From an uncultured Myxococcales bacterium (lineage in GTDB: Bacteria; Myxococcota_A; UBA9042; DTJE01): a DNA stretch of 64,000 nt. Under the pieces are notes generated by a model. The model saw only the letters and a program-made list of their open reading frames with translations. It had not been told where the DNA came from and made no database searches. This document shows positions 17,988 through 27,400 of this stretch, piece by piece. Position numbers and translations under genes: made by a program. The first letter of the stretch is position 1. The number at the start of each line of letters is the position of its first letter. Where the stretch lies: contig CAIOFV010000069.1 in assembly GCA_903857665.1 (NCBI GenBank), positions 10,381-74,380 of the forward strand, read 5' to 3'.

Positions 17988-20900
17988 CTAGAGGTTGCGC
18001 CGGTACTCGCCCCCGACCGCGTACAGGGTCTGCGTGATCTGCCCAAGGGTACAACAGGTGGCGGCACCGAGGATCGCCTCGAACACGTTCGCGCCGGTCA
18101 CCGCGGCGATCCGCAGCCGTTCCAGCGCGCCTTCCGCCGCGGCCTGGTGACGCCCCTGGAACGACCGCACCTGGCCCACCTGGGACCGCTTCTCGTCGTC
18201 GGTCGAGCGGATCAGTTGGCGAACGGTTCCGACCTTCGACTCCTGGGCCGGATCCAGGAAGGTGTTCACGCCCACGATGGGCAATTCGCCGCTGTGCTTC
18301 AGCGTTTCGTACCGCAGGCTTTCGTCCTGGATGCGGCCCCGCTGGTAGCGCGTCTCCATCGCGCCCAGCACGCCGCCCCGCTCGGACAGGCGGTCGAACT
18401 CCTCCAGCACCGCCTCCTCGACGAGGTCCGTCAGCCGCTCGATGACGAAGGACCCCTGCCAGGGGTTCTCGTTCGCCGACAACCCGAACTCCCGCTGCAG
18501 GATCAACTGGATGGCCAGCGCGCGGCGCACCGATTCCTCGGTGGGCGTCGTCACGGCCTCGTCGTAGGCGTTGGTGTGCAGGCTCTGGCAGTTGTCGAAG
18601 AACGCGTAAAGGGCCTGCAGCGTCGTCCGGACGTCGTTGAACTCGACCTCCCGGGCATGCAGGGAGCGCCCCGAGGTCTGGATGTGGTACTTCAGCTGCT
18701 GCGCCCGCTCCCCGGCGCCGTACAGGTCGCGCAGGGCCACCGCCCAAATCCGCCGGGCCACGCGCCCGATCACGGCGTACTCGGCGTCCATCCCGTTGCT
18801 GAAGAAGAACGACAGGTTCGGCGCGAAGTCCTCCACCGCCAGGCCGCGCGACCGGTAGTACTCCAGGTAGGTGAAGCCGTTCGCGAGGGTGAACGCGAGC
18901 TGCGTGACGGGGTTCGCGCCGGCCTCGGCGATGTGATAGCCGCTGATGCTGACGGAGTAGAAGTTCCGCACGCCCTCGCCGCAGAAGAACGCCTGCACGT
19001 CGCCCATCAATTTCAGGGCGAATTCCGTGCTGAAGATGCACGTGTTCTGGGCCTGGTCCTCCTTGAGGATGTCCGCCTGCACCGTACCGCGAACGTTCTG
19101 CAGCACCCGGGCGCGGATCCGCGCGTATTCCTCGGCCGGCACCAGGTCCGCACCCGACAGGCCCAGCAGCGCCAGGCCCGTCCCGTCGTGCCCCTCGGGC
19201 AGTGGGCCGCGGTACGTGGGAAGGGGGCCGGGAAGGCGCCGGCGGGCCGCATCGACCGCCGGTTCAAGGCGCCCCTCGGCCCGCAGGTGGCGTTCCACGC
19301 CCTGGTCGATCGCCGCGTGGAAGAAGAACGCCAGCACGATGGGCGCCGGCCCGTTGATCGTCATGGACACGCTGGTGCTGGGCGCGCACAGGTCGAAGCC
19401 CGAGTACAGGCGCTTCATGTCGTCCAGCGAACAGATGCTGACGCCGGAGTTGCCAACCTTGCCGTACACGTCGGGCCGAGGATCCGGGTCCTCCCCGTAC
19501 AGCGTGGGCGAATCGAACGCCGTGGACAGGCGCACCGCCGGCCGGCCGCGGCTGACGTAGTGGAACCGTCGATTGGTCCGCTCGGCGGTTCCCTCGCCGG
19601 CGAACATCCGGGTCGGGTCCTCGGCCAGGCGCTTGAAAGGGAACACACCCGCGGTGAACGGGAACCGGCCGGGCACGTTTTCGGTGCCCAGGAACCGCAC
19701 GCGATCGCCCCAGTCCCGGGTGGTCGGCAGCGCGACCTTTGGGATGCGGGTGCCGGAAAGGGTGGTTTCGGACGACGGGACGCGGACCTCCCTGCCCCGG
19801 ACGCGATAGGCGAATTCGTCCGCGGCGTACTCCGACGCGTCGGCATCCCACGAGGCCAGTCCCTGGCGGAAGTCCGGGCGCAGCCGATCCAGCGCGGCCG
19901 CGTGCTCCGCCTGCAGGACGCGACAGGCCGCCGCGCGGTCGACCGTGCCGTCCGGACAGTCGCCCAGCGCCCGCGACGCCCTCTGCAGGCCGTCGGCCTC
20001 CGCCGCGATCCCGGCCTGGGCTTCCACGGTCCGGCGCCAGGCACGGCAGGTGGCCGCGACCTCGGCCAGGTAGCGCTCCCGCCGCGGCGGCACCACCACG
20101 GGCACCTCGGCCGCCCGGGCCGGCAGCGAACCGGGGTCCCAGTCCCGCCCGGTCTTCGCCGCCAGCAGCCGGCACAGGGCCTCGAACAGGCGGTCGACCC
20201 CGTCGTCCGCGAAGCGGCTGGCACGGGTGGCGAACACGGGCAGCGATTCGTCCGGGGCGTCGAACGCCAGGCGGTTCCGGCGGCCCTGCTTGCGCACGTC
20301 ACGCACCGCGTCCGCGGCGCCCCGCCGATCGGACTTGTTCACGACCACCAGGTCCGCAAAATCCAGCATGTCGATCTTTTCGAGCTGGGTGGGAGCGCCG
20401 AACTCCGGCGTCATCACGTACATGGACAGGTCGCACAGGTCCACGACCTCGCTGTCGCCCTGGCCGATCCCGGCGGTCTCCAGGATCACCAGGTCGAAGC
20501 CCGAGGCCTTCAACACCCGCAGCAGGTCGGGGACCGCGCCGGCGGTGGCCAGGTGGGCGCGGCGGGTCGCGACGGAACGCACGAACGATCGCGGTCCCCG
20601 GGCCGCGTTCAGCCGGATGCGGTCGCCCAGCAGCGCGCCGCCCGTCCGCCGCCGCGTCGGGTCCACGGCCAGCAGGGCCACTGAGCGTTCCGGGAAGCGC
20701 TCCAGGAACCGGCGGATCAGCTCGTCCTCCAGGGACGACTTGCCGGCCCCCCCGGTCCCGGTGATGCCCAGCACCGGCGGCGGCGGGGACGGCAGCAGCC
20801 GGTCCAGGTCCGCCCGCAACGCCTCGATGCCGTCGCCCGGCTCCGAGGCGCCGGCCAGGGTCTCGGCCCGGGTCAGCGTTCGGGCGATGTCCAGGGATGC

Positions 20901-21386
20901 CCGGCGGGCCAGCCCGGCGGGCAGGGGGCCCGTTTCGGGCGGCGGCGGCGGTCCGCACCGCTCCAGCAGGTCGCGGATCATGCCTTTCGGCCCCAGGCGG
21001 CGACCGTCCTCGACCGAGTAGATCCTTTCCACGCCGGCCCGCTGGAGGGCCTCGGACTCCTCGTCCGTGATGGTCCCGCCCCCGCCGCCGAACACCTTCA
21101 CGCGGGAGGCGCCCTGGGCCCGAAGGCATTCCACGAGGTACGAAAAGAATTCCAGGTGCCCGCCCTGGTAGGACGAAACGCACACCCCGTCGGCGTCCTC
21201 CTGGATCGCCGCCTCGACGATCTCCGCCACCGAGCGGTTGTGGCCCAGGTGCACGACCTCCACGCCCTCGTCCTGCAGCAGGCGCCGCACGACGTGGATG
21301 GACGCGTCGTGCCCGTCGAAGAGCGACGTCGCCGTGACGAAGCGAAGAGGCCGCGTCGTGGCAGCCTCGGTCCTGCGGAGTTCCAT
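17988..21386 (-). CDS. icmF: Fused isobutyryl-CoA mutase (IcmF): B12-binding domain + MeaB-like GTPase + mutase catalytic domain
   Basis: N-terminal B12 domain (RFVTATSLFDGHDASIHVVRR), G-domain P-loop (GITGTGGAGKSS, NKSD) and a C-terminal methylmalonyl-CoA-mutase-like TIM barrel. Length about 1130 aa. Confidence 0.85.
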   Translation of the reverse strand: MELRRTEAATTRPLRFVTATSLFDGHDASIHVVRRLLQDEGVEVVHLGHNRSVAEIVEAAIQEDADGVCVSSYQGGHLEFFSYLVECLRAQGASRVKVFGGGGGTITDEESEALQRAGVERIYSVEDGRRLGPKGMIRDLLERCGPPPPPETGPLPAGLARRASLDIARTLTRAETLAGASEPGDGIEALRADLDRLLPSPPPPVLGITGTGGAGKSSLEDELIRRFLERFPERSVALLAVDPTRRRTGGALLGDRIRLNAARGPRSFVRSVATRRAHLATAGAVPDLLRVLKASGFDLVILETAGIGQGDSEVVDLCDLSMYVMTPEFGAPTQLEKIDMLDFADLVVVNKSDRRGAADAVRDVRKQGRRNRLAFDAPDESLPVFATRASRFADDGVDRLFEALCRLLAAKTGRDWDPGSLPARAAEVPVVVPPRRERYLAEVAATCRAWRRTVEAQAGIAAEADGLQRASRALGDCPDGTVDRAAACRVLQAEHAAALDRLRPDFRQGLASWDADASEYAADEFAYRVRGREVRVPSSETTLSGTRIPKVALPTTRDWGDRVRFLGTENVPGRFPFTAGVFPFKRLAEDPTRMFAGEGTAERTNRRFHYVSRGRPAVRLSTAFDSPTLYGEDPDPRPDVYGKVGNSGVSICSLDDMKRLYSGFDLCAPSTSVSMTINGPAPIVLAFFFHAAIDQGVERHLRAEGRLEPAVDAARRRLPGPLPTYRGPLPEGHDGTGLALLGLSGADLVPAEEYARIRARVLQNVRGTVQADILKEDQAQNTCIFSTEFALKLMGDVQAFFCGEGVRNFYSVSISGYHIAEAGANPVTQLAFTLANGFTYLEYYRSRGLAVEDFAPNLSFFFSNGMDAEYAVIGRVARRIWAVALRDLYGAGERAQQLKYHIQTSGRSLHAREVEFNDVRTTLQALYAFFDNCQSLHTNAYDEAVTTPTEESVRRALAIQLILQREFGLSANENPWQGSFVIERLTDLVEEAVLEEFDRLSERGGVLGAMETRYQRGRIQDESLRYETLKHSGELPIVGVNTFLDPAQESKVGTVRQLIRSTDDEKRSQVGQVRSFQGRHQAAAEGALERLRIAAVTGANVFEAILGAATCCTLGQITQTLYAVGGEYRRNL

Positions 21387-21535
21387 GGCCAGGATCTTCG
21401 GCGCTTGCCGGCGGGCCGTCAACGCACCGGCCCGTTCCGGCCGCACAGGCGCTGGAGATGGCCGCGAGCCCGTCGCGCGGGCCGCCCGCCCGGGCCTTCC
21501 GCGGTATCATCGTCGCGGGTGCGGTGGAGGACGCG

Positions 21536-22342
21536 ATGCGCGTGGGCTGGATCCAGACCCTGCCGCTCTTCGGTGATCCGGCGGCCAACCTGTCCGCGGT
21601 CGCGGCGACCCTCGACGACGCGACGACCACCGGGCGGGCGGCCGACCTGTGGGTGCTGCCCGAACTGTTTGCCACAGGCTACGTGTTCGCCGACCGGGAC
21701 GAGGCCCGACGAAATTGCGAACCCGTTCCCGGCGGTCCGACGGTGCGGGGCCTCGTCGCGCTGGCGCGCCGCACCGGGTGCGCCATCGTCGCGGGCGTCG
21801 CCGAATCCGCGCCCGACGGCCGCCTGTTCAACAGCGCCGTGGCCGTGGACGGCGCCGGCCTGCGGGCGCACTACCGGAAGGCGCACGTCTTCGGCGACGA
21901 GCGGCGCTGGGCCTCGCCGGGCGACCTGCCCTTCCCGGTCGTGGAGATCGCCGGCGCCCGCGTCGGCATCATGATCTGCTTCGACTGGCGCTTCCCGGAA
22001 ACGGCCCGGACGCTGGCCTTGGCCGGCGCGCAGGTGATCGCCCATCCCTCGAACCTGGTCCTGCCCCACTGCCCCGACGCCATGGTCACGCGGGCCCTGG
22101 AAAACGGCGTGTTCACGGTGACGTGTGACCGGGTCGGCACGGAGGAGCGCGCCGGGATGCGAGCCGCCTTCATCGGGCGCAGCCGCGTCATCGGGCCGGA
22201 CGGCGTCGTGCTGTCGGAGGGCCCGCCCGATCGAACCGCCTGGGGCACCGTGGACATCACCCCCTCCCGGGCCGACGACAAGCGCCTTTCGGGCGGCAAC
22301 GACATCCTCGCGGACAGGCGCACGGATCTGTACAGGCTGTAA
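21536..22342 (+). CDS. Carbon-nitrogen hydrolase family protein (nitrilase/amidase-like)
   Basis: Catalytic E-K-C triad context (LWVLPELFATGY, HYRKAHVF, GIMICFDWRFPE). GGAGG ribosome-binding site before the ATG at 21536. Confidence 0.75.
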   Translation: MRVGWIQTLPLFGDPAANLSAVAATLDDATTTGRAADLWVLPELFATGYVFADRDEARRNCEPVPGGPTVRGLVALARRTGCAIVAGVAESAPDGRLFNSAVAVDGAGLRAHYRKAHVFGDERRWASPGDLPFPVVEIAGARVGIMICFDWRFPETARTLALAGAQVIAHPSNLVLPHCPDAMVTRALENGVFTVTCDRVGTEERAGMRAAFIGRSRVIGPDGVVLSEGPPDRTAWGTVDITPSRADDKRLSGGNDILADRRTDLYRL

Positions 22343-22369
22343 CCTTCGCGGACCGCGGGTTGCCGGGGC

Positions 22370-23926
22370 CTACAGGGCGGCGGAAGCGGCGGGGGCGGGG
22401 GCGGCGGGAGCGGCAGGGGCGCCGGGCTTCTTCCCGTGCACCAGTTCCTCCCATCCGATCGTGATCCCGACGCTGACGATGTCAAAGGAAGACGTGTACT
22501 TGCCCTCGTTCACCGAGTAGCCGTCGTTCATGGTGCCCGCGAAATCCAGCACCTGCTGCTTGATCAGCCCGGTGCCCGCGGCGACGGTCCGCGCCAGTTG
22601 GAACACGTGGGCGTAGGAGATGCCGATCTGGACCCCGCGATAGGCGCCCGAAATGCCGGCGCCGATGCCGAAACGATCCCAGGAGGGCAGGTCGATGATC
22701 GTCCTGTTGTTGGGCTGGGCTCCCTTCTCCCACCATCCGCCCAGGCGCACCCACATGTGATCGGCGATAGGATTGTATGTGCCGCCCAGGCGCACGCTGT
22801 AGGTGTCGTTCAGGTTGCGCAGCAAGGTGATCTTCTTCAGCTTCAGCTGCGTCCCGAGCGCCTCGACGTCCTGCTTGTCGAACTTCACGTGGAAGCCGTC
22901 GTGGGCGGACCACTGCTCCCAGACGAAATCCGCCTCGATGTCGAACAGCTCCCGGTCGGCCCGCTTGTGGACGTACCGGCCGCCGACCTTCACGTCCACC
23001 GGGTAGGTGAACGACACGCGGCCCGGGACCTTCACCGGGACCATCCGGGCGTAGATGGAGTTTTCCGTGCCCGATATCGTGAGGTCCCCCGTCGCCGTGA
23101 CGTTGACGGGAATCACGCGCGCGGACATGCCGAACTCGAGGTACGGCAGGGGCCGGGCCCACCCGCCGACGACCGCCGAAAACTTCTTCCAGTCCGCCAT
23201 GTTGAGGTCCACCCGCAGGTCGTTGATGGTCTTCCCGGGGTCGTTCTGGGTGGACGCGCTGGCCGGACCGACGATGTCCAGCGAGTACTTCAGGTACGGC
23301 ACCGCCACGTACTGGAGGCTGACGCCAAGGCCGAACCATTCCTTGTACTTCCAGGCCGCCGCGGCCGACACGAAGATCAGCGCCGTGTCCATGCTGGAGA
23401 TGGAATACCGCGCGGCCGAGATCGCGCTCGGGTCGCCCTTCGACGGGTTGTCCGCATACGCCATCGTGCCGTAGGCCGCCGGCCCCTGGACCCCGAGGCC
23501 GAACCCCCAGTCCTTCAGGCCGAAGTCCGAGGTGAGGCCGAAGTTGATGCCCACCGGGAATACGCCATTCTGCTGCCGGGCCCTCGCGAACGTGGTGGGG
23601 GTGGCGTCGCCCTCGCAGGTGGAGTTGCCCGGACCGTTCGTGCACCTCTTGGCCGGGTCCCGGTCGAACGTCAACGAAAGGCTCGGCAGGTTGTGGTCGT
23701 ACAGCATCTGCGTGCCGCGCATCAGGGACAGGCGCGACGGGTTCCACCAGATGGCCGACGGGTCGTCGGCGCCCACCACGAACGCACCGCCCCGGCCGAT
23801 GGCATGAACACCCTGGGGACCGTACTCGATTCCCGCCGCGGAGGCTGCCGCGGGGAGGAGCAAGCCGATCAACGCAACGCACGCACACCGGACGGCAGGA
23901 GCGAGGCGGGGCATCGAATCCACCAT
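22370..23926 (-). CDS. Outer-membrane beta-barrel protein, possibly a FadL/OmpP1-type hydrophobic-compound channel
   Basis: Signal peptide ending AAASAAG, alternating amphipathic beta-strand pattern, and a Pro/Ala-rich C-terminal tail. Start uncertain: 23935 is a TTG, with ATGs at 23926 and 23914. Confidence 0.5.
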   Translation of the reverse strand: MVDSMPRLAPAVRCACVALIGLLLPAAASAAGIEYGPQGVHAIGRGGAFVVGADDPSAIWWNPSRLSLMRGTQMLYDHNLPSLSLTFDRDPAKRCTNGPGNSTCEGDATPTTFARARQQNGVFPVGINFGLTSDFGLKDWGFGLGVQGPAAYGTMAYADNPSKGDPSAISAARYSISSMDTALIFVSAAAAWKYKEWFGLGVSLQYVAVPYLKYSLDIVGPASASTQNDPGKTINDLRVDLNMADWKKFSAVVGGWARPLPYLEFGMSARVIPVNVTATGDLTISGTENSIYARMVPVKVPGRVSFTYPVDVKVGGRYVHKRADRELFDIEADFVWEQWSAHDGFHVKFDKQDVEALGTQLKLKKITLLRNLNDTYSVRLGGTYNPIADHMWVRLGGWWEKGAQPNNRTIIDLPSWDRFGIGAGISGAYRGVQIGISYAHVFQLARTVAAGTGLIKQQVLDFAGTMNDGYSVNEGKYTSSFDIVSVGITIGWEELVHGKKPGAPAAPAAPAPAASAAL

Positions 23927-24241
23927 TCTTGCCAAGGATTGCGGAAACCTAGCATGCGTCCGCGAAACGGGTCAAGGGACTTGCTGGGCCCCGGCGTCGA
24001 GCCGACGCGAAGCGGGCCGCAAAGTGCGACGAACCGGCTGCGCATCCTTTTCGCCCCTGGCCCCCTGATTGCCGAGGCTCCCCCCTCCCACGCCGCCGAG
24101 GAGCAGCGGAGAATCCCCTGATCCCCCGTCGCGCCACGCCCCTGGCGACACGCCATTTTTGCTGCAACAACGGAGGCTTCATGGTCTTCCGCCCCTCTGT
24201 CGCAGAAACCCGGGGAACATCCGCTCCGGGACAGGCATCAT

Positions 24242-24257
24242 TGGTACGCAAGTTGCA
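24242..24257 (+). promoter_or_regulatory. Candidate sigma54 (RpoN) -24/-12 promoter upstream of the giant lipoprotein gene
   Basis: TGGTAC-GCAAG-TTGCA matches the TGGCAC-N5-TTGCW consensus with one mismatch. It lies 160 nt upstream of the ATG at 24419, inside a 480-bp noncoding leader. Confidence 0.45.
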
Positions 24258-24418
24258 CCATCGGGCCTCGGCTCTCTTCCCCTCGGGCCGAGGTGCGCGC
24301 CCCGTTTGCGCATAACCGCCCGGAAGAGTTGGAAGGATCCGGGTTGGATCGGCCGTCCGGCGGTTTGGAGTGTGAAATGTTTGCGGGTTTGAGTGTCCGT
24401 AGCAGTCAAGGAGGCGCC

Positions 24419-27400
24419 ATGAAGCTCCGCAGTCGTCATCTTGGAACGCTGGTTCTCGTCTGCGCAGCCTTCGCCCTGGCGCAGGGTTGCTCCAGTTCGT
24501 CCGACGAGAAGGACGTCGCGACGGACCCGGGGCTGGGCAGCCAGGACACCGCGGCCGACCTCGGGCTCGACCTCGGGCTCGACGTCGGGCTCGACACCGG
24601 GCTCGACGTGCCGGATTCGCCGACTGCGACTCCCGACACCGGCTCCAGCGCCGCATCAAGGCGCCAGTCGGCGGCGACCCAGGCCTGTACCCAGCCGGTC
24701 AACGACCTCGTGATCAACGAGTTCAGCGTCTACTCGGCGTCGGGCCGGCAGTGGATTGAAATCTACAATCCCACCGCCCTGGCCATCGACCTGAAGGGCT
24801 GGACCGTCGGGAACGGGACCTCCAGCTTCACGATTCCGGTGACCGTCAACATCGCCGCGACCGGGTATGCCCTGCTCTGCAGCGACGGCGACGCCGCCTG
24901 CAGCTGGGGGCCCTGGGACACCGGGTTCGCCCTGGCGACGGCCAATGCCTCCATCACCCTGCAGAACAAGGTCCCAGCGACCGTCAACAGCATCGACTAC
25001 TCCAGCAACACCATTCCCGCCACGGGCGGAACGATCGAGTTGAAGAACGCCTACAAGGACAACGCGACCCTGTTCAACCAGGACGGCTCGCTGAACGCCA
25101 GCTTCTCGCTGTCCACCGCCGCGCTGGGCACCCCCGGCGTCAAGAACGACAACTGGGTCGTGGTCGAGGACCCGACCTGCTCCGACGACGGCAACATCTG
25201 CACCTTCCAGGTCTGCGAGAAGAGCGTCTGCACCTACGTCCCCGACATGACGTGCTGCCAGTCGAACTCCGACTGCCAGTCGAACACCGATTTCTGCCTG
25301 GTGCCGTTCTGCAACGTGAACGCCCACAAGTGCGAAAACGGCCGCAAGGCCAACTGCTGCACCCAGAACTCGGACTGCAACGACAACATCGCCTGCACGA
25401 CCGACTACTGCCTGTTCAACCAGTGCCAGTTCACGCTCGGCCCCGACTGCTGCATCGTCGATTCCGACTGCCCCAGCAAGGGCTTCTGCTCCGCAACGCG
25501 CTGCGGGACGGTCACGGCGAACCATTGCACCACGACCACCATCCCTGCGCCCGCCTGCTGCACCAGCCCGACCGACTGCAAGGATGACAATCCCTGCACG
25601 TTCGACAACTGCGACGGCAGCGCCCACAAGTGCGTGTTCAAGCAGATCCCCAACTGCTGCCTCAAGGACACGGATTGCAACGACGGCAACCCGTGCACCC
25701 TGGACACCTGCGTCATCAACGCGTGCCGTCCGATCTGGCAGACCGAGCAGTGCTGCTATGACGATCCCCAGTGTGCGGCGCAGGACACGAACCACAAGAT
25801 CTGCACCGACGACAAGTGCGTGCTGGATTCCGCCAGCGGGCACTACACCTGCATCACTCCCTTCAAGCCGGACTGCGCACTGCCCCTTCCCTACATCCAG
25901 TTGTTCAACAACGCCCAGTCCTTCACGGGCATCAACTGGGAACTGATCGACTACGGGACCTCCACCAGCCGCAACTGGTCGTTCGCGTACGGCTTCGGCG
26001 ACCTGGGTCCCGACGGGCACCTGATGTTCAACTGGAGCCCGACCGTCATCAACGTCAAGACCGTCGCCGTGACGCCCACTCTGGACGCCTCGACCGCGGC
26101 CAACGACGGCTTCAACTCCACCAAGAGCACGACCCTTCAGTGGCGGATGGCCTACCACCACAAGAATCCCGGCGCGACCATCAAGATCCGGGTCCGGATC
26201 TCCACCCTCAACGATTTCTCGACGCCCGGTAACTACAAGGAAGTGTACGTCAAGGACGCCATCGACGACGTGCCCTACGCCCTTTACTCCTACCAGCTGC
26301 CGGCGCCCGAAAAGGATGCCCAGAACCTCCGCGTCGGCTTCATGCTGGACACGGGGACCTCGCTGGCCGGTACCGCCAGCATGGATTCCCTGGAAGTCGA
26401 TGACGTGAAGGTGGCGTCCGGCGTGCCCTCCCGCCTGTGGAAGTACCGCCTGGTCCGCTGCACCGGAACGGAGGCAGAGGGCTGCGACAATGAAAACCAC
26501 TACGTCGCCGTGGACGAACTGGACGAGCAGCAGATCAAGGACGGGCAGGTGCCCTCGCTGACCGCCGGCGTCTGCGACTGGTACCGCGTCTACATGTGCA
26601 TGTACGACCAGGACGGATCCCAGACCACCTGGAACTTCTTCGGATTCCCGTCGTCCTACATCGACGGCCCGCCGATGGATCAGCCCTCCTTCATCCAGGC
26701 CCCCTACCCCTGGGGCGAAAACACCGGCTGTTCGACCTTCCCGCAAACCGTCCAGGGGATCTGCAACAGCCCGCTGACGGGCCCCGGCTACTACGTGTGC
26801 GCCCTCGACATCAAGCCGGATTGCTGCAATCCCACTGCGCCCGCGGACTGCGCGGTCAAGGCCGCCGGCGCGTACCTCCCGGCCCTCGTGACCAAGGACG
26901 AGGATGACCCGGGCAAGCAGCTCCACAGCCCCTTCGAAACCCAGACCAAGTTCGCCGTCACCCTGTTGATCCAGGACGGCTACCTCGTGTGGTCCCCGAA
27001 CGGCCGCAACGATCCGGCCGCCAATGCCATCGCCAACACCATCATGACCACGCGTGATCCGCGCGACAACAACAACTTCCGCAAGGCGCAGATCGTGGTC
27101 AACCTGAACCTCCTGTCGGATGCCGACCTGGCGCGCTTCCGCGGCGTCTTCGCGGTCCTCGGCGTGTCGGGGAACAACCATGTCGTGTCGGTGACGGAAG
27201 CGGCCACCCTCAAGCGCTACATGGACCAGGGCGGCCGGATGTACCTGGAAGGCGGCGACTTCTTCTACACGTCGACCCGCCCCGGCGCGCAGTTCAAGAC
27301 GGTCCTCCACGACCTGTTCAACATCGACTCGACCTCCGGCGGCCTCCCCGTGCTGGATGGCCCCATCGCCGGCCGCAACTTCCTCGATGGCTACTCGTTC

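Noticed and set aside
14348-18037. 1229-aa plus ORF
   Set aside because: It spans the beta-lactamase-like (minus), cytochrome (plus, other frame) and M50-like (minus) genes. It is extremely Arg-rich and is spurious.
17961-20684. 907-aa plus ORF
   Set aside because: Antisense to icmF, which has unmistakable B12/MeaB/mutase motifs.
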